Positions 18,642-29,103 are shown, counted from the stretch's first letter. The stretch: 64,000 nucleotides of DNA from Kofleriaceae bacterium (GCA_020633495.1 JACKDR010000001.1:246105-310104), one strand, 5' to 3'. Translations and numbers: made by a program. The notes: generated from the letters alone by a model not told the origin.

Positions 18642-19466
18642 GTGCCCCCGTCGCTGGTCGACGTCCTGTCCGATCCGCTGCCGTGCGCGTGCGCGTGTCA
18701 CGACACGCTCACCGTCGCGCAGCGCGCGCGCGACGTCGCGGCGATGTACCGCTTCGACGACGCGATGCACGGCTGGGGCTACCAGCCGATCTACGAGGTC
18801 GGCGCCGACCGGCTGTGGCGCGCCGCCCAGGCCCGCAACGACGCCGGCTACCGCGGCGTCGCGGTCCGCGACCACGCGTGCCTGCACCGGCGCCTGGTCG
18901 GGTTCGCGGTCCACGAGCTGATCCACGCGCTGGTCGGCGACCCCACCCAGGCCAACTTCGGCGTCCCGTTCGGCCTGCCCTACGGCGTCCCGGTCGAGAT
19001 CGCGCCCGCCGACGAGAAGGCCTACCTGGCCGAGTTCAACGCCCAGGAGGCGCGCGCGTTCGTCGGTGTCGGCGCCATGGCGCGCGCGCTGTACGACATC
19101 GACTGGGCCGTCTACACCGCGCGCGACGTCGGCACCTACGGCTTCGCCGGCGGCTGGGCCACGGTCGAGGTGCCGCCCGGGTTCCGGCCGGTGCCCCACG
19201 TCGATCGCCAGCACCAGCCCGATCGCTACTACGCGCTGGCGCGCCGGCTCGAGGCCGACGCCGCGGCGTGGTTCACCGAGGCCCGGATCGCCGAGCTGGT
19301 GGCGCGGGTCGAGGCCGCCGAGGCCGCCGGCCGCGCCGCACGGCCGACCCGGCGGCCGCCGCCCGAGCAGCTCGCGGCGCTGCGGCCGCGGGCGCCGTCG
19401 CGCAACGATCCGTGCCCGTGCGGCTCGCGCCTCAAGTACAAGCGCTGCTGCGGCGCGAGCGCCTGA
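18642..19466 (+). CDS. HExxH putative zinc-dependent protein with C-terminal SEC-C metal-binding motif
   Basis: ORF 18387..19466. The upstream part is low-complexity, and a GTG at 18642 (VPPSLVDVL) is the first plausible start (uncertain). Motifs VGFAVHELIHALVGDP and C-terminal NDPCPCGSRLKYKRCCG. 3' end overlaps the convergent rhomboid gene by ~35 bp. Confidence 0.5.
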   Translation: MPPSLVDVLSDPLPCACACHDTLTVAQRARDVAAMYRFDDAMHGWGYQPIYEVGADRLWRAAQARNDAGYRGVAVRDHACLHRRLVGFAVHELIHALVGDPTQANFGVPFGLPYGVPVEIAPADEKAYLAEFNAQEARAFVGVGAMARALYDIDWAVYTARDVGTYGFAGGWATVEVPPGFRPVPHVDRQHQPDRYYALARRLEADAAAWFTEARIAELVARVEAAEAAGRAARPTRRPPPEQLAALRPRAPSRNDPCPCGSRLKYKRCCGASA

Positions 19467-19998
19467 GCGCGGCGGCGACGCCGAAGCCGACGCCGATCGC
19501 CGCGCCCACCGCGTGCGCCAGCGGCGCCTGGCGGATGCCGTGGCCCAGCGCCATCGGGAACGCCGGCGCGCCGGTGATCAGCTCGTAGCCGACCTTGATC
19601 GCGCCGAGCGCGGCCAGCGCCGCGACGTAGGCGCGGCCGCGGCCGCGCCGCGCGCCCAGCTCGTAGGCCAGCGCCGCGGCGAGCAGCGCGTGCGACACGC
19701 CCGACAGGCCGTAGTACGCGGGCGCGCCGTCGACGACGATCACCGCCAGCGTCGGCAGCACCAGCGCCGACGCCAGCAGCGCGACGAAGCCGCGGCGCAG
19801 CGGCTGCTCGTAGGCGACGCCGGCGATCAGCATCAGCGCCAGGTCGCGCACCAGGTGGCCCCAGGTGGCGTGGACCAGCGGCCCGGTGGCCGCGCGCCAC
19901 CACTGCCCGGCGTCGAGGCGCGCGGCGTCGGCGACCAGCCAGCCGGCGAGCGCGCGCGGGCCCGGCGCCGTCGCCTGCGCCGCGGCGGTCGCGACCAC
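19432..19998 (-). CDS. Rhomboid-family intramembrane serine protease, rhombosortase-like (~188 aa)
   Basis: MVATAAAQATAPGPRALAGWLVADAARLDAGQWWRAATGPLVHATWGHLVRDLALMLIAGVAYE...YYGLSGVSHALLAAALAYE...LAHAVGAAIGVGFGV. Small size; GLSG catalytic-Ser motif and AHxxGxxxG His motif match rhomboid TM4/TM6. Sits immediately 3' of, and co-oriented with, a GlyGly-CTERM-like substrate candidate. Confidence 0.55.
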   Translation of the reverse strand: MVATAAAQATAPGPRALAGWLVADAARLDAGQWWRAATGPLVHATWGHLVRDLALMLIAGVAYEQPLRRGFVALLASALVLPTLAVIVVDGAPAYYGLSGVSHALLAAALAYELGARRGRGRAYVAALAALGAIKVGYELITGAPAFPMALGHGIRQAPLAHAVGAAIGVGFGVAAALRRSRRSSACT

Positions 19999-20097
19999 CG
20001 CGGCGACCGCGACCGCCAGCGTCCACGGGTAGTCGACGCCGGCCCACGGCCGGCGCGCGCGCCGCCGCCACCGCCGCGCCCGGTGCGCCCGCCGCGT

Positions 20098-22398
20098 TCA
20101 CGCCGCGCGCCGCCGTCGCAGCTGCCAGACCAGCGGCGCCAGCGCGACCGCCAGCAGCAGCGTCAGCGGATCGGCGTCGCCGCCGCCGCCGCCGCCGCCG
20201 CCCCAGCCGCCGCCGCCGCCCCACGACGAGTGGTGCGACGACGACGAGCTCGACGAGCTCGACGAGCCGCCGTACGCCGGCGCGTCGTCGTCGGCCCCCA
20301 CCGCCGCGGCCAGGTTGACGCCCTCGGGCGCCAGCGCCGGCTGCTCGATGGTCTCGGTGGCGCCGCCCGGCTGCACGACCCGGGTCCGGTCGACCGCGAC
20401 GAACGAGGTGAACTCGGTGACCAGGTGGTAGCGCAGGCCGAGCCCGGTGACCTCCTGCTCGACGTCGGACGGCACCACGCCGTCACGCGCGGCCAGCATC
20501 AGCTCGTCGATGCGGCGCCGCGCCCACGTCGCCGGCACCGCCGGCAGCTCGACGTGGCTGGGCAGTGACACGTCGACCGGGATCGTGACCCGACGGCCGC
20601 CGGTGGTCGCGCTCACGGTCACGGTGGCGCGGCCGGCCTTGCCGTAGCGACCGCTGACGATCAGCGGCTGGCCGGCGTAGACGTCGGGGATCAGCGCCGG
20701 CGTCACGTCGCGGACGTCGAGCCCGTTCCAGTCGACGCTGATGTCGGTGAGGTAGGGGTACGCGGACCGCCGCACCAGCTCGAGCGCGACCGGCTCGGCG
20801 CGCTCGGTCACGCCGAGGTAGCTGGCGTAGCCGCGCCCGGCGAGGCCGAGCTGGTCGAGCAGGTAGCGGTTGGGCGCCGAGCCGATGCCGACCGGGAAGA
20901 TCCGGTTGTGCCCGAGCTTGCCGCGCACCGCCTCGATGATGACGTCGTCGTTGCCGACGTAGCCGTCGCTGATGACGTAGACGACGCGGACGCGATCGCC
21001 GCCCGGCGGGGTCGCCAGCGATCGCAGCATGCCGAGCTCGAGCTCGGTGCCGCCGGTGGCGTCGAGCGCGTGGACGAAGTCGTGGCCGAGGCGGCGGCCG
21101 TCGGCGTCGCCGGCGATCGGGGCCTCGGCGAGCTGCGCGACGCCGTCGGCGAACGCCAGGACGTCGAAGGTGTCGCGATCGGTGAGCGTGCCGAGGACCG
21201 CGTCGGCGACCGCCTTGGCCTGGCGCAGCGGCTCGCCATCCATCGACCCCGAGTGATCGATCAGCAGGATGACCTCGCGCGGCGTGACGTCGCCGGTGTG
21301 GTAGGTGGCCTTGGGCTGGATCGTCAGCACGAAGGTGCCGTCGTCGGCGCCGGCCGCGGCCTCGGCGTGGTCGGCGAGCAGGCCGACCATCGTCTGGCCC
21401 CCGGTCGCGCCGTAGCGGACGATCAGATCGCGGTTCGGGACCTCGTCGGCGTGGGCGAGCGTGACGTGGACGTGGATCGGCGACACCTCGTCGACCTGGA
21501 GGTCGTGCGACGGGCTCTCGACGCCGGTGATCGGCATCGGCGCGGTGATGTCGGCGCTGAAGCTGACCGTGCTGGCGGCGACGGTCGACGCCACGTACGG
21601 GATCGACGTCGTGCCGGCGCGGCCGGTGGCGCCGGCGGCCCGGCCCTCGACGGGGCGGCGCCCGACGCGATCGGCGGGCAGGTAGCGCGGGCCGACCACC
21701 AGCGGGAACACCAGCTGGTAGTGGTCGTCCTTCCAGGTCATCAGCTCGCTGTAGGCGAAGCGGACCTTGATCGTCTCGTGCGGCGCGATGTTGGCGATGC
21801 GCTGGGCGAAGACGTTGGGCTTGTCCTGCTCGACCAGCGCCGCGGTGTGGCCGGCGTCCTTGGCGGCCTGGTAGGTGGCGCGGGCCTGGTCGCGCTGCTG
21901 GATCTCGCCGGCGATGACGCGCTCGCCGATCGTGATCTGGTACGACGACACCGCCGCCTCGTCGCCGAGCGGGAAGACGTAGACCGCCTCGACCGGCCGG
22001 TCGAACGGGTTCTCGAACTCCTGCTCGACGGTGTAGACCGCCATCATGCCGGCGACGTCGGCGTGGACGTCGGTGTGGCGGAGCGGGAACGCGATCACGT
22101 GCCGGACGCGATCGTCGCCGGGCACGCCGACGAGGTCGGGCTCGGCCACGGCATCGGGATCGGCGTCGGCGTCGACGTCGACGTCGACGTCGAGATCCAG
22201 CGCGACCGCGAGCCGCAGCTCGCCGCCGACCGCGGGTAGCTCGTCCATCGCGGCGTAGCCGCCGCTGGACGTGATCTGAGGAGAGACGAGGGAAGAGTCG
22301 GCGCCGGCGCCGCTGGCAGCGTGTAGCTGACACGCGCCGAGCGCGAGCAAGACTCCCCCGATCGCCAGCGTCATCGACGCAGCTGACGTGCGGTGCAT
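20098..22398 (-). CDS. VIT + von Willebrand factor A domain secreted protein with C-terminal GlyGly-CTERM-like sorting tail
   Basis: ORF 20098..22581; start at 22398 (MHRTSAASMTLAIGGVLLALGAC; SD-like GAGGTGG upstream). VIT region (VYVFPLGDEAAVSSYQITIGERVIAGEI...). VWA with MIDAS DxSxS (VILLIDHSGSMDG...TELELGM...YVISDG). C-terminal SSSSSSSSSSHHSSWGGGGGWGGGGGGGGDADPLTLLLAVALAPLVWQLRRRRAA. Confidence 0.8.
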   Translation of the reverse strand: MHRTSAASMTLAIGGVLLALGACQLHAASGAGADSSLVSPQITSSGGYAAMDELPAVGGELRLAVALDLDVDVDVDADADPDAVAEPDLVGVPGDDRVRHVIAFPLRHTDVHADVAGMMAVYTVEQEFENPFDRPVEAVYVFPLGDEAAVSSYQITIGERVIAGEIQQRDQARATYQAAKDAGHTAALVEQDKPNVFAQRIANIAPHETIKVRFAYSELMTWKDDHYQLVFPLVVGPRYLPADRVGRRPVEGRAAGATGRAGTTSIPYVASTVAASTVSFSADITAPMPITGVESPSHDLQVDEVSPIHVHVTLAHADEVPNRDLIVRYGATGGQTMVGLLADHAEAAAGADDGTFVLTIQPKATYHTGDVTPREVILLIDHSGSMDGEPLRQAKAVADAVLGTLTDRDTFDVLAFADGVAQLAEAPIAGDADGRRLGHDFVHALDATGGTELELGMLRSLATPPGGDRVRVVYVISDGYVGNDDVIIEAVRGKLGHNRIFPVGIGSAPNRYLLDQLGLAGRGYASYLGVTERAEPVALELVRRSAYPYLTDISVDWNGLDVRDVTPALIPDVYAGQPLIVSGRYGKAGRATVTVSATTGGRRVTIPVDVSLPSHVELPAVPATWARRRIDELMLAARDGVVPSDVEQEVTGLGLRYHLVTEFTSFVAVDRTRVVQPGGATETIEQPALAPEGVNLAAAVGADDDAPAYGGSSSSSSSSSSHHSSWGGGGGWGGGGGGGGDADPLTLLLAVALAPLVWQLRRRRAA

Positions 22399-22608
22399 TT
22401 CCACCTCGCGTGTTGGTCGCCGGGTGCCTACGCAACGCGCGTGCCCGATCGCCAAGTCGCGACAAAGACGTCCGACCATTCGACCAGTGGGTCGGCACGT
22501 ACGCACCAGGTGTCGAAGTCCTGGCACCCGCCGCGCGCGATCTCGCGTGGTTGCCCCGCGCGGGGTGCGTCGACGGTTCACCGTGGCGCGCGCGCCACGC
22601 GTCGGGCG

Positions 22609-23353
22609 CTACGCGGTCTCGCGCTGGAACGTTCGGGTCGCGACCGCGAGCCCGACGATCGCCAGCAAGGTCGCCGAGATCAGGCCGGCGAGCAGCGACG
22701 TCGTGCCGTAGTCGCCGCGGAACGCGGCGCGCGCGCCGTCGACGACGTGGCTGAACGGGTTGGCGCGCGACAGCCGGTACAGCCACCGCGGCGCCAGCGA
22801 CATCGGCAGCAGGATCCCCGACAGCAGCATCGCCGGTACCGCGACCATGTTGAGCAGCGGCGCCAGCGCGTCCTCGCTCTTGAGCCACATGCCGGCGGCG
22901 TACGACAGCGACGACAGCGCGACCCCCAGCAGCCCGACGATCGCGACCGTGATCAGCGCGCCGACCAGCGGCACGCGCAGGCCGAACGCGACCGCCACCG
23001 CGGTCAGCAGCGCGGCCTGGACCAGCAGCACGAGGGTGTCGCGCAGGACCCGACCGAGCAGCAGCCCGAGCCGGCTCGCCGGCGTCACCCGCATGCGCTC
23101 GACGACGCCGTAGCGGACCTCGGCGATCAGCCCGAAGCCGACGAACATGCTGCCGAACATGCCGAGCTGGATCAGCAGCCCGGGCACGAACACCGACCAG
23201 GCGTCGCCCTCGGGGAAGCCCGGGGTGTCGGTGATGCGATCGAGCAGCGGCGCGAACAGCGCCAGGTACAGGAGCGGCTGGACCAGCGCGATCACGAACC
23301 ACACCGGCTCGCGGATCAGCAGCCGCAGCTGGTAGCGGAAGATCGTGCCGGCG

Positions 23354-23370
<17 letters not shown>
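22609..23370 (-). CDS. ABC-2 type transporter permease
   Basis: 253 aa, six hydrophobic segments. MSVLRDAGTIFRYQLRLLIREPVWFVIALVQPLLYLALFAPLL. Start overlaps the ATPase stop by 17 nt. Confidence 0.8.
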
Positions 23371-24349
<979 letters not shown>

Positions 24350-24435
24350 GGTCGCGAGCGACTATTCTACTTGGACTATTCCAAGTCAAGCGGGTTCCGC
24401 CGGCGGCCGCGGCTTGCCGGCCGCCGTGGCCGCGA

Positions 24436-25245
24436 TCACCGCGCGGGGCGGCGCTTCGCCTTCGGCTTGGTCGGCGCCTTCGGCTTGGTCGGCGCCTTCG
24501 GCTTGGTCGGCGCCTTCGGCTTGGTCGGCGCCTTCGGCTTCGCGAGCGCCTTCGGCTTCGCGGGCGCCTTCGCCTTCGCCCTGCCCTTGTCACGAGTCGG
24601 CGCGGCGGCGGCCCCGGCCGGCGCCGTCGCCGACCCGCCCGGGCGGTTGATCACCGCGCGCCGACCCGCCACCGGGTGCCACGGCGGATCGTCGGCGGTG
24701 ACGTAGCCGCCGCCCTCGAGCCGGCCGATCAGCGCCTGGCCCCACGCGATCTCGGCGGCGAGCCGCGCCTCCATCAGCCACAGCATCTCCTTGACGTGCT
24801 CCGGCGAGGTGTCGGGCTGGAAGTGCTCGATCGCGAACCGCATGTGCTCCTGCATGCCGCCGATCTGGGTGATGCGGTGGCGCAGCGCCGCGATCAGCTC
24901 GTCGCGCCGCATCGCCGACATCATGCTGAGCGCCGGCATCAGCGGATCGAGCGGCTGGCCCACGGTCCACCAGGTCTCGCGCAGCAGCTGGCCGAACTCC
25001 TGCTCGCCCTCGGCGGTGAGCTGGTAGCTGGTGCGCTCGGGCCGGCCGCCGACCTGCGCGGTGCCGACGATCTCGATCAGGCCGTCGCGGGTCAGGCTCT
25101 TGAGCGCGTTGTAGATCGAGCCCGGTGACACGTTGCCCCACTCGTCGGCACGCCAGGACAGGAGCTCGCGGCGCACGTCGTAGCCGTGCACCGGCTGGAA
25201 CATGCGCACGACCCCGAGGACCAGCAGGCGGGTGGACGACGACAC
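24436..25245 (-). CDS. PadR-family transcriptional regulator with histone-H1-like KPKAPT repeat tail
   Basis: N-terminal winged helix LLVLGVVRMFQPVHGYDVRRELLSW...SIYNALKSLTRDGLIE (PadR). C-terminal AKAKAPAKPKALAKPKAPTKPKAPTKPKAPTKPKAPTKPKAKRRPAR, encoded by 18-bp tandem DNA repeats. Confidence 0.8.
   Translation of the reverse strand: MSSSTRLLVLGVVRMFQPVHGYDVRRELLSWRADEWGNVSPGSIYNALKSLTRDGLIEIVGTAQVGGRPERTSYQLTAEGEQEFGQLLRETWWTVGQPLDPLMPALSMMSAMRRDELIAALRHRITQIGGMQEHMRFAIEHFQPDTSPEHVKEMLWLMEARLAAEIAWGQALIGRLEGGGYVTADDPPWHPVAGRRAVINRPGGSATAPAGAAAAPTRDKGRAKAKAPAKPKALAKPKAPTKPKAPTKPKAPTKPKAPTKPKAKRRPAR
24458..24565. repeat. 18-bp tandem repeat (gccttcggcttggtcggc x4 perfect, plus degenerate copies) encoding the KPKAPT tail of PadR
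   Basis: Perfect units at 24458..24475, 24476..24493, 24494..24511 and 24512..24529, then diverged copies. Confidence 0.8.
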
Positions 25246-25260
25246 CTGCCGGTTCTACCA

Positions 25261-26592
25261 TCACGCCGCCCGCAGGCCGCCGGCCGCGGCCCAGCCGCGC
25301 TCGAGCCCGGCCCAGTCGGCGACCGCGCCGAGCCGCGCCAGCACCGCGTAGAGCCCGAAGCGGAGCCGGAACAGGAACAGCACCCGGCCCGGCAGGCCGA
25401 GCTTCATGATCGCGCGCTTGTCGCGCAGGACGTCGGCGCCGGCGAGCCCGGCGCCGGGCTCGACCGCGCGGGCGCCGTCGACCAGCAGCGGCGCGAAGAA
25501 CGCGCGCAAGAGGCCCCGCAGGTGCGCGACCGCGGCGTCGCCGCGCGGCGGCGTCGCGCCCAGCCCGCGCATCGCGTCGGCGATCGCCGCGGCGTCGTCG
25601 GCGCGCACCGCCGCGACCAGCGCCGCCAGCGCCGCGACCATCTCCGGCTCGAAGCGCCGGACGCAGCCGAAGTCGTAGATCACGACCTTGCCGTCGTCAC
25701 GGAACGCGTAGTTGCCCGGGTGCGGGTCGGCGTGGAACACGCCGTGCCGGTACAGCGTCGCGACGTAGAGCTCGAACAGCGCGACGCCGGCGCGATCGCG
25801 CGCGGCCTGCGACGGCGCCGCGGCGAGGAAGGCGTCGAGGGTCCGGCCCGGCAGCCAGCGCGTGGTCAGCACCGCGGTCGCCGAGTACGCGCGCACGACC
25901 TCGGGGATGACGATCGTCGGGTGGCCGGCGAACAGGCGGCGCAGCTCGTCCTGGCGGTCGGCCTCGAGCCCGAGGTCGCACTCCTCGAGGAACGCCTGGC
26001 GGGCCTCGTCGATCATGCCGCGCACCGCGCCGCCGGCGCCGAACAGCGTCGCCATCACCGGCCCGATGCGGGCGGCGCGGAAGTCGGCGCGCATCGCGGC
26101 CTCGATGCCGCGGTGGCGGACCTTGACCGCGACCTCGGTGCCGTCGGGCAGGCGGCCGTGGTGGACCTGCCCGATGCTGGCCACCGCGATCGGCTCGCGG
26201 TCGAGCCCGGCCAGGAGCGCGTCGGCGCGGTCGCCGAGGGCCTCGCGCACGGTGGCCTCGACCACCGGCCACGGGCTGGCCGGCGCCTGGGTCTGCAGCA
26301 GCGCCAGCAGGCCCCGCACCTCGGGCGGCAGCGACGCGTCGACGTAGCCGAGGATCTGGCCGGCCTTCATCGCGATGCCCTTGAGCTCGCCGAGCTGGGT
26401 GGCGAGGCCGGCGATCTTCGCGAGGTCGGCGTCGTCGGGGCCGGCGCCATCGTCATCGCCGCGGCGACCGAGCAGCGCGCCGGCGGCGCCCATCGCGCCC
26501 CGGCCGGTCTTCCACAGCCGGCGCAGCGCGGAGGTCGGGACGTCGCGGGCGGGGGTGGCGCGGAAGCGAGCGCGAAGGTCGTCGGGGGTCAT
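25261..26592 (-). CDS. ABC1/UbiB-family atypical protein kinase
   Basis: 443 aa. ABC1 motifs IAVASIGQVHHGRLPDGTEVAVKVRHRGIE...HGVFHADPHPGNYAF...VIYDFG. Confidence 0.8.
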   Translation of the reverse strand: MTPDDLRARFRATPARDVPTSALRRLWKTGRGAMGAAGALLGRRGDDDGAGPDDADLAKIAGLATQLGELKGIAMKAGQILGYVDASLPPEVRGLLALLQTQAPASPWPVVEATVREALGDRADALLAGLDREPIAVASIGQVHHGRLPDGTEVAVKVRHRGIEAAMRADFRAARIGPVMATLFGAGGAVRGMIDEARQAFLEECDLGLEADRQDELRRLFAGHPTIVIPEVVRAYSATAVLTTRWLPGRTLDAFLAAAPSQAARDRAGVALFELYVATLYRHGVFHADPHPGNYAFRDDGKVVIYDFGCVRRFEPEMVAALAALVAAVRADDAAAIADAMRGLGATPPRGDAAVAHLRGLLRAFFAPLLVDGARAVEPGAGLAGADVLRDKRAIMKLGLPGRVLFLFRLRFGLYAVLARLGAVADWAGLERGWAAAGGLRAA

Positions 26593-26610
26593 GACGGGAT
26601 CTCCAGGAAG

Positions 26611-26642
26611 TGATAGTCTCTATCATATGAGAGGTTCTATCA
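26611..26642. promoter_or_regulatory. AT-rich palindromic operator-like site (TGATAG-TCT-CTATCA plus a third CTATCA half-site) in the 34-bp divergent intergenic region
   Basis: TGATAGTCTCTATCA at 26611..26625 is a perfect 6-3-6 inverted repeat. A further CTATCA lies at 26637..26642. Local GC drops sharply (aggaagtgatagtctctatcatatgagaggttctatcaaaagg) in a 74% GC background. It sits between a TetR gene and a divergent gene. Confidence 0.5.
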
Positions 26643-27274
26643 AAAGGCAAGCCCCGGCCGCCGCGGCCCCGGCGCCGGACGCGGGCGACGGCCGCTCCCG
26701 CCGCAAGATCGCGGCGATGCGCCGGGTCCAGGCCGCCGCCCTCGACCTGTTCGAGGCCCGCGGCTACGACGCCGTGACGATCGAGGACATCGCCCGCGCC
26801 GCCGAGGTGTCGGCGCCCACCGTCTACCGCAACTTCGGCAGCAAGGAGCGGATCGTCCTGTGGGACGAGTACGACCCGTCGCTGCTCGACGACGTCGCGG
26901 CGCGCCTGGCCACCGCGCCGCCGCTGGCCGCGGTGCGCGACGCCCTCGAGGCCGCGCTCGACCGCATCTACGCCGACGACCGCGACCGCATCCTGCGCCG
27001 GACCCGGCTGCTGATGCGGCACCCCGCCCTGCGCGCCGCCTCGGCCGGCGACCAGACCGGCTTCCGCGACGCCCTGGCCGCGGTCCTGCGCGGCCGCCGC
27101 GCCGTGCCCGACGAGCTCGACGCCGCCGTGCTGGCCGCGGCCGTCGTCGGCGCGCTCGCGGTCGCCGTCGAGCACTGGGAGCGCCAGGACGGCAAGGTCG
27201 CCCTCGGCACCATCCTGCGGCGCGCGTTCGCGCGCCTCGAGGCCCCGGCGGCGCCGCGCCGCCGCGGCCGGTGA
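26627..27274 (+). CDS. TetR-family transcriptional regulator
   Basis: ORF 26375..27274; ATG at 26627 (MRGSIKRQ). HTH TIEDIARAAEVSAPTVYRNFGSKE. Divergent from the ABC1 kinase gene, with an AT-rich palindromic operator between them. Confidence 0.8.
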   Translation: MRGSIKRQAPAAAAPAPDAGDGRSRRKIAAMRRVQAAALDLFEARGYDAVTIEDIARAAEVSAPTVYRNFGSKERIVLWDEYDPSLLDDVAARLATAPPLAAVRDALEAALDRIYADDRDRILRRTRLLMRHPALRAASAGDQTGFRDALAAVLRGRRAVPDELDAAVLAAAVVGALAVAVEHWERQDGKVALGTILRRAFARLEAPAAPRRRGR

Positions 27275-27345
27275 ACCGGCCTCCCGCCCAGAACAGGCGC
27301 TCCGGCGGCTTGCCCCGGCCGGCCGGCCCCGCGACAGTCGGGGCG

Positions 27346-29103
27346 ATGAGCCAGAGCCACGGTGGAAGCATCATCGCCGACGTGCTGTCGCGCCACGGCG
27401 TCCAGCACCTCTTCGCCCTGTGCGGCGGCCACATCTCGCCGATCCTGACCGGCTGTCAGGATCGCGGCATCCGCGTCGTCGACGTCCGCGACGAGGGCAA
27501 CGCGGTGTTCGCCGCCGACGCGGTCGCGCGCATGAGCGGCGTCGTCGGCGTCGCCGCGGTCACCGCCGGCCCCGGCGTGACCAACGCGATCACCGCGCTC
27601 AAGAACGCGCAGATGGCGCAGTCGCCGCTCTTGCTGCTGGGCGGCGCCACCGCGACCCTGCTCAAGGGCCGCGGCGCGCTCCAGGACATCGACCAGCTCG
27701 CGCTGGTCAAGGCCGCGACCAAGTGGTCGACCTCGGTCAAGAGCGTGCCGGCGCTGGCCGCGACGATCGAGCGCGCGATCGCGATCGCCACCGGCGGCGT
27801 GCCCGGCCCGGTCTTCGTCGAGGTCCCGGTCGACCTGCTCTACCCCGAGGAGATCGTCCGCGGCTGGTACGAGAAGGAGGTCGGCCTCGGCAAGGCCAAG
27901 GGCCTGAGCGCGCGCGCCCTCGAGCTGTACGTCCGCGGCCACCTGTACCGGCAGTTCAAGGCGCCGGTGCTGCCCGAGGTGACGCTGCCCGAGATCCACC
28001 TGCCGACCCTGCGCAGCGCCGCCGACGGCCTCGCCGACGCGGCGCGCGCGCTGCGCAACGCCGAGCGCCCGGTGATCGTCGTCGGCAGCCAGACCCTGGT
28101 CGGCGTCAAGGACCCCGAGCGGGTGGCCCAGGCGCTGCGCGACCTCGGCGTCCCGGTCTACCTCGGCGGCATGGCGCGCGGCCTGCTGGGCCGGCACAGC
28201 GACCTGCAGTTCCGCCACGCCCGCGGCGCCGCGCTCAAGGACGCCGACGTCGTGATCGTCTGCGGCTTCCCGTTCGACTTCCGCCTCGGCTACGGCCGCG
28301 GCATCCCCAAGCGCGCCACGCTGATCGCCGCCAACCTGTCGCTGCACGAGCTGCGCAAGAACCGCCGCCCCGAGATCGCGGTGCAGATGCACGCCGGCGA
28401 GTTCCTGATCGGCCTCGCCGCCCAGGCCGGCGGCGCCGGCGCCGGCGCGACCCGCTGGCAGCCCTGGTTCGACGCGCTCCGCGTCCGCGAGGCCGCGCGC
28501 GACGCCGAGATCGCCGGCAAGGCCAAGCCGGCCGGCGAGCTGATCGATCCGCTGCACTTCTTCCTGCGCCTCGAGGACAAGATGGCCGCGGACGCGGTGC
28601 TGGCGGTCGACGGCGGCGACTTCGTCGCGACCTGCAGCTACATCGTGCGGCCGCGGGCGCCGCTGTCGTGGCTCGACCCCGGCGTCTTCGGCACGCTGGG
28701 CGTCGGCGGCGGCTTCGCGCTCGGCGCCGCGCTGCTGCGCCCGGGCTCCGAGGTCTGGCTGATCTGGGGCGACGGCTCCAGCGCCTACAGCCTGGCCGAG
28801 ATGGACACCTTCGCGCGCCACGGCGTCGCGCCGATCGCGGTGATCGGCAACGACGGGTCGTGGGCGCAGATCGCCCGCGAGCAGGTCGAGATCCTCGGCA
28901 CCCCGCTGGGCACCGAGCTGCGGCGCAGCGACTACCACGTGGTCGCCCAGGGCTACGGCGCGGTCGGGCTGCTCCTGACCGACCCGGCCAAGGTCGACGA
29001 GACCATCGCCGAGGCCCAGGCGATCGCGAGGAGCGGCCGCCCGGTGTGCCTCAACGTGCACCTGCGGGCCACCGACTTCCGCAAGGGCTCGATCTCGATC
29101 TAG
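27346..29103 (+). CDS. Thiamine-pyrophosphate-dependent enzyme of the acetolactate synthase large-subunit family
   Basis: ORF 26860..29103; ATG at 27346 ([33 protein letters not shown]). TPP-binding [32 protein letters not shown]. Central FAD-like domain. Confidence 0.8.
   Translation: MSQSHGGSIIADVLSRHGVQHLFALCGGHISPILTGCQDRGIRVVDVRDEGNAVFAADAVARMSGVVGVAAVTAGPGVTNAITALKNAQMAQSPLLLLGGATATLLKGRGALQDIDQLALVKAATKWSTSVKSVPALAATIERAIAIATGGVPGPVFVEVPVDLLYPEEIVRGWYEKEVGLGKAKGLSARALELYVRGHLYRQFKAPVLPEVTLPEIHLPTLRSAADGLADAARALRNAERPVIVVGSQTLVGVKDPERVAQALRDLGVPVYLGGMARGLLGRHSDLQFRHARGAALKDADVVIVCGFPFDFRLGYGRGIPKRATLIAANLSLHELRKNRRPEIAVQMHAGEFLIGLAAQAGGAGAGATRWQPWFDALRVREAARDAEIAGKAKPAGELIDPLHFFLRLEDKMAADAVLAVDGGDFVATCSYIVRPRAPLSWLDPGVFGTLGVGGGFALGAALLRPGSEVWLIWGDGSSAYSLAEMDTFARHGVAPIAVIGNDGSWAQIAREQVEILGTPLGTELRRSDYHVVAQGYGAVGLLLTDPAKVDETIAEAQAIARSGRPVCLNVHLRATDFRKGSISI

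Noticed and set aside
20483-23302. 939-aa minus-strand ORF and several 300-460-aa R-rich ORFs (e.g. 22393..23421, 20908..22239)
   Set aside because: Off-frame or antisense shadows of the VIT-vWFA and ABC permease genes; no domain content.
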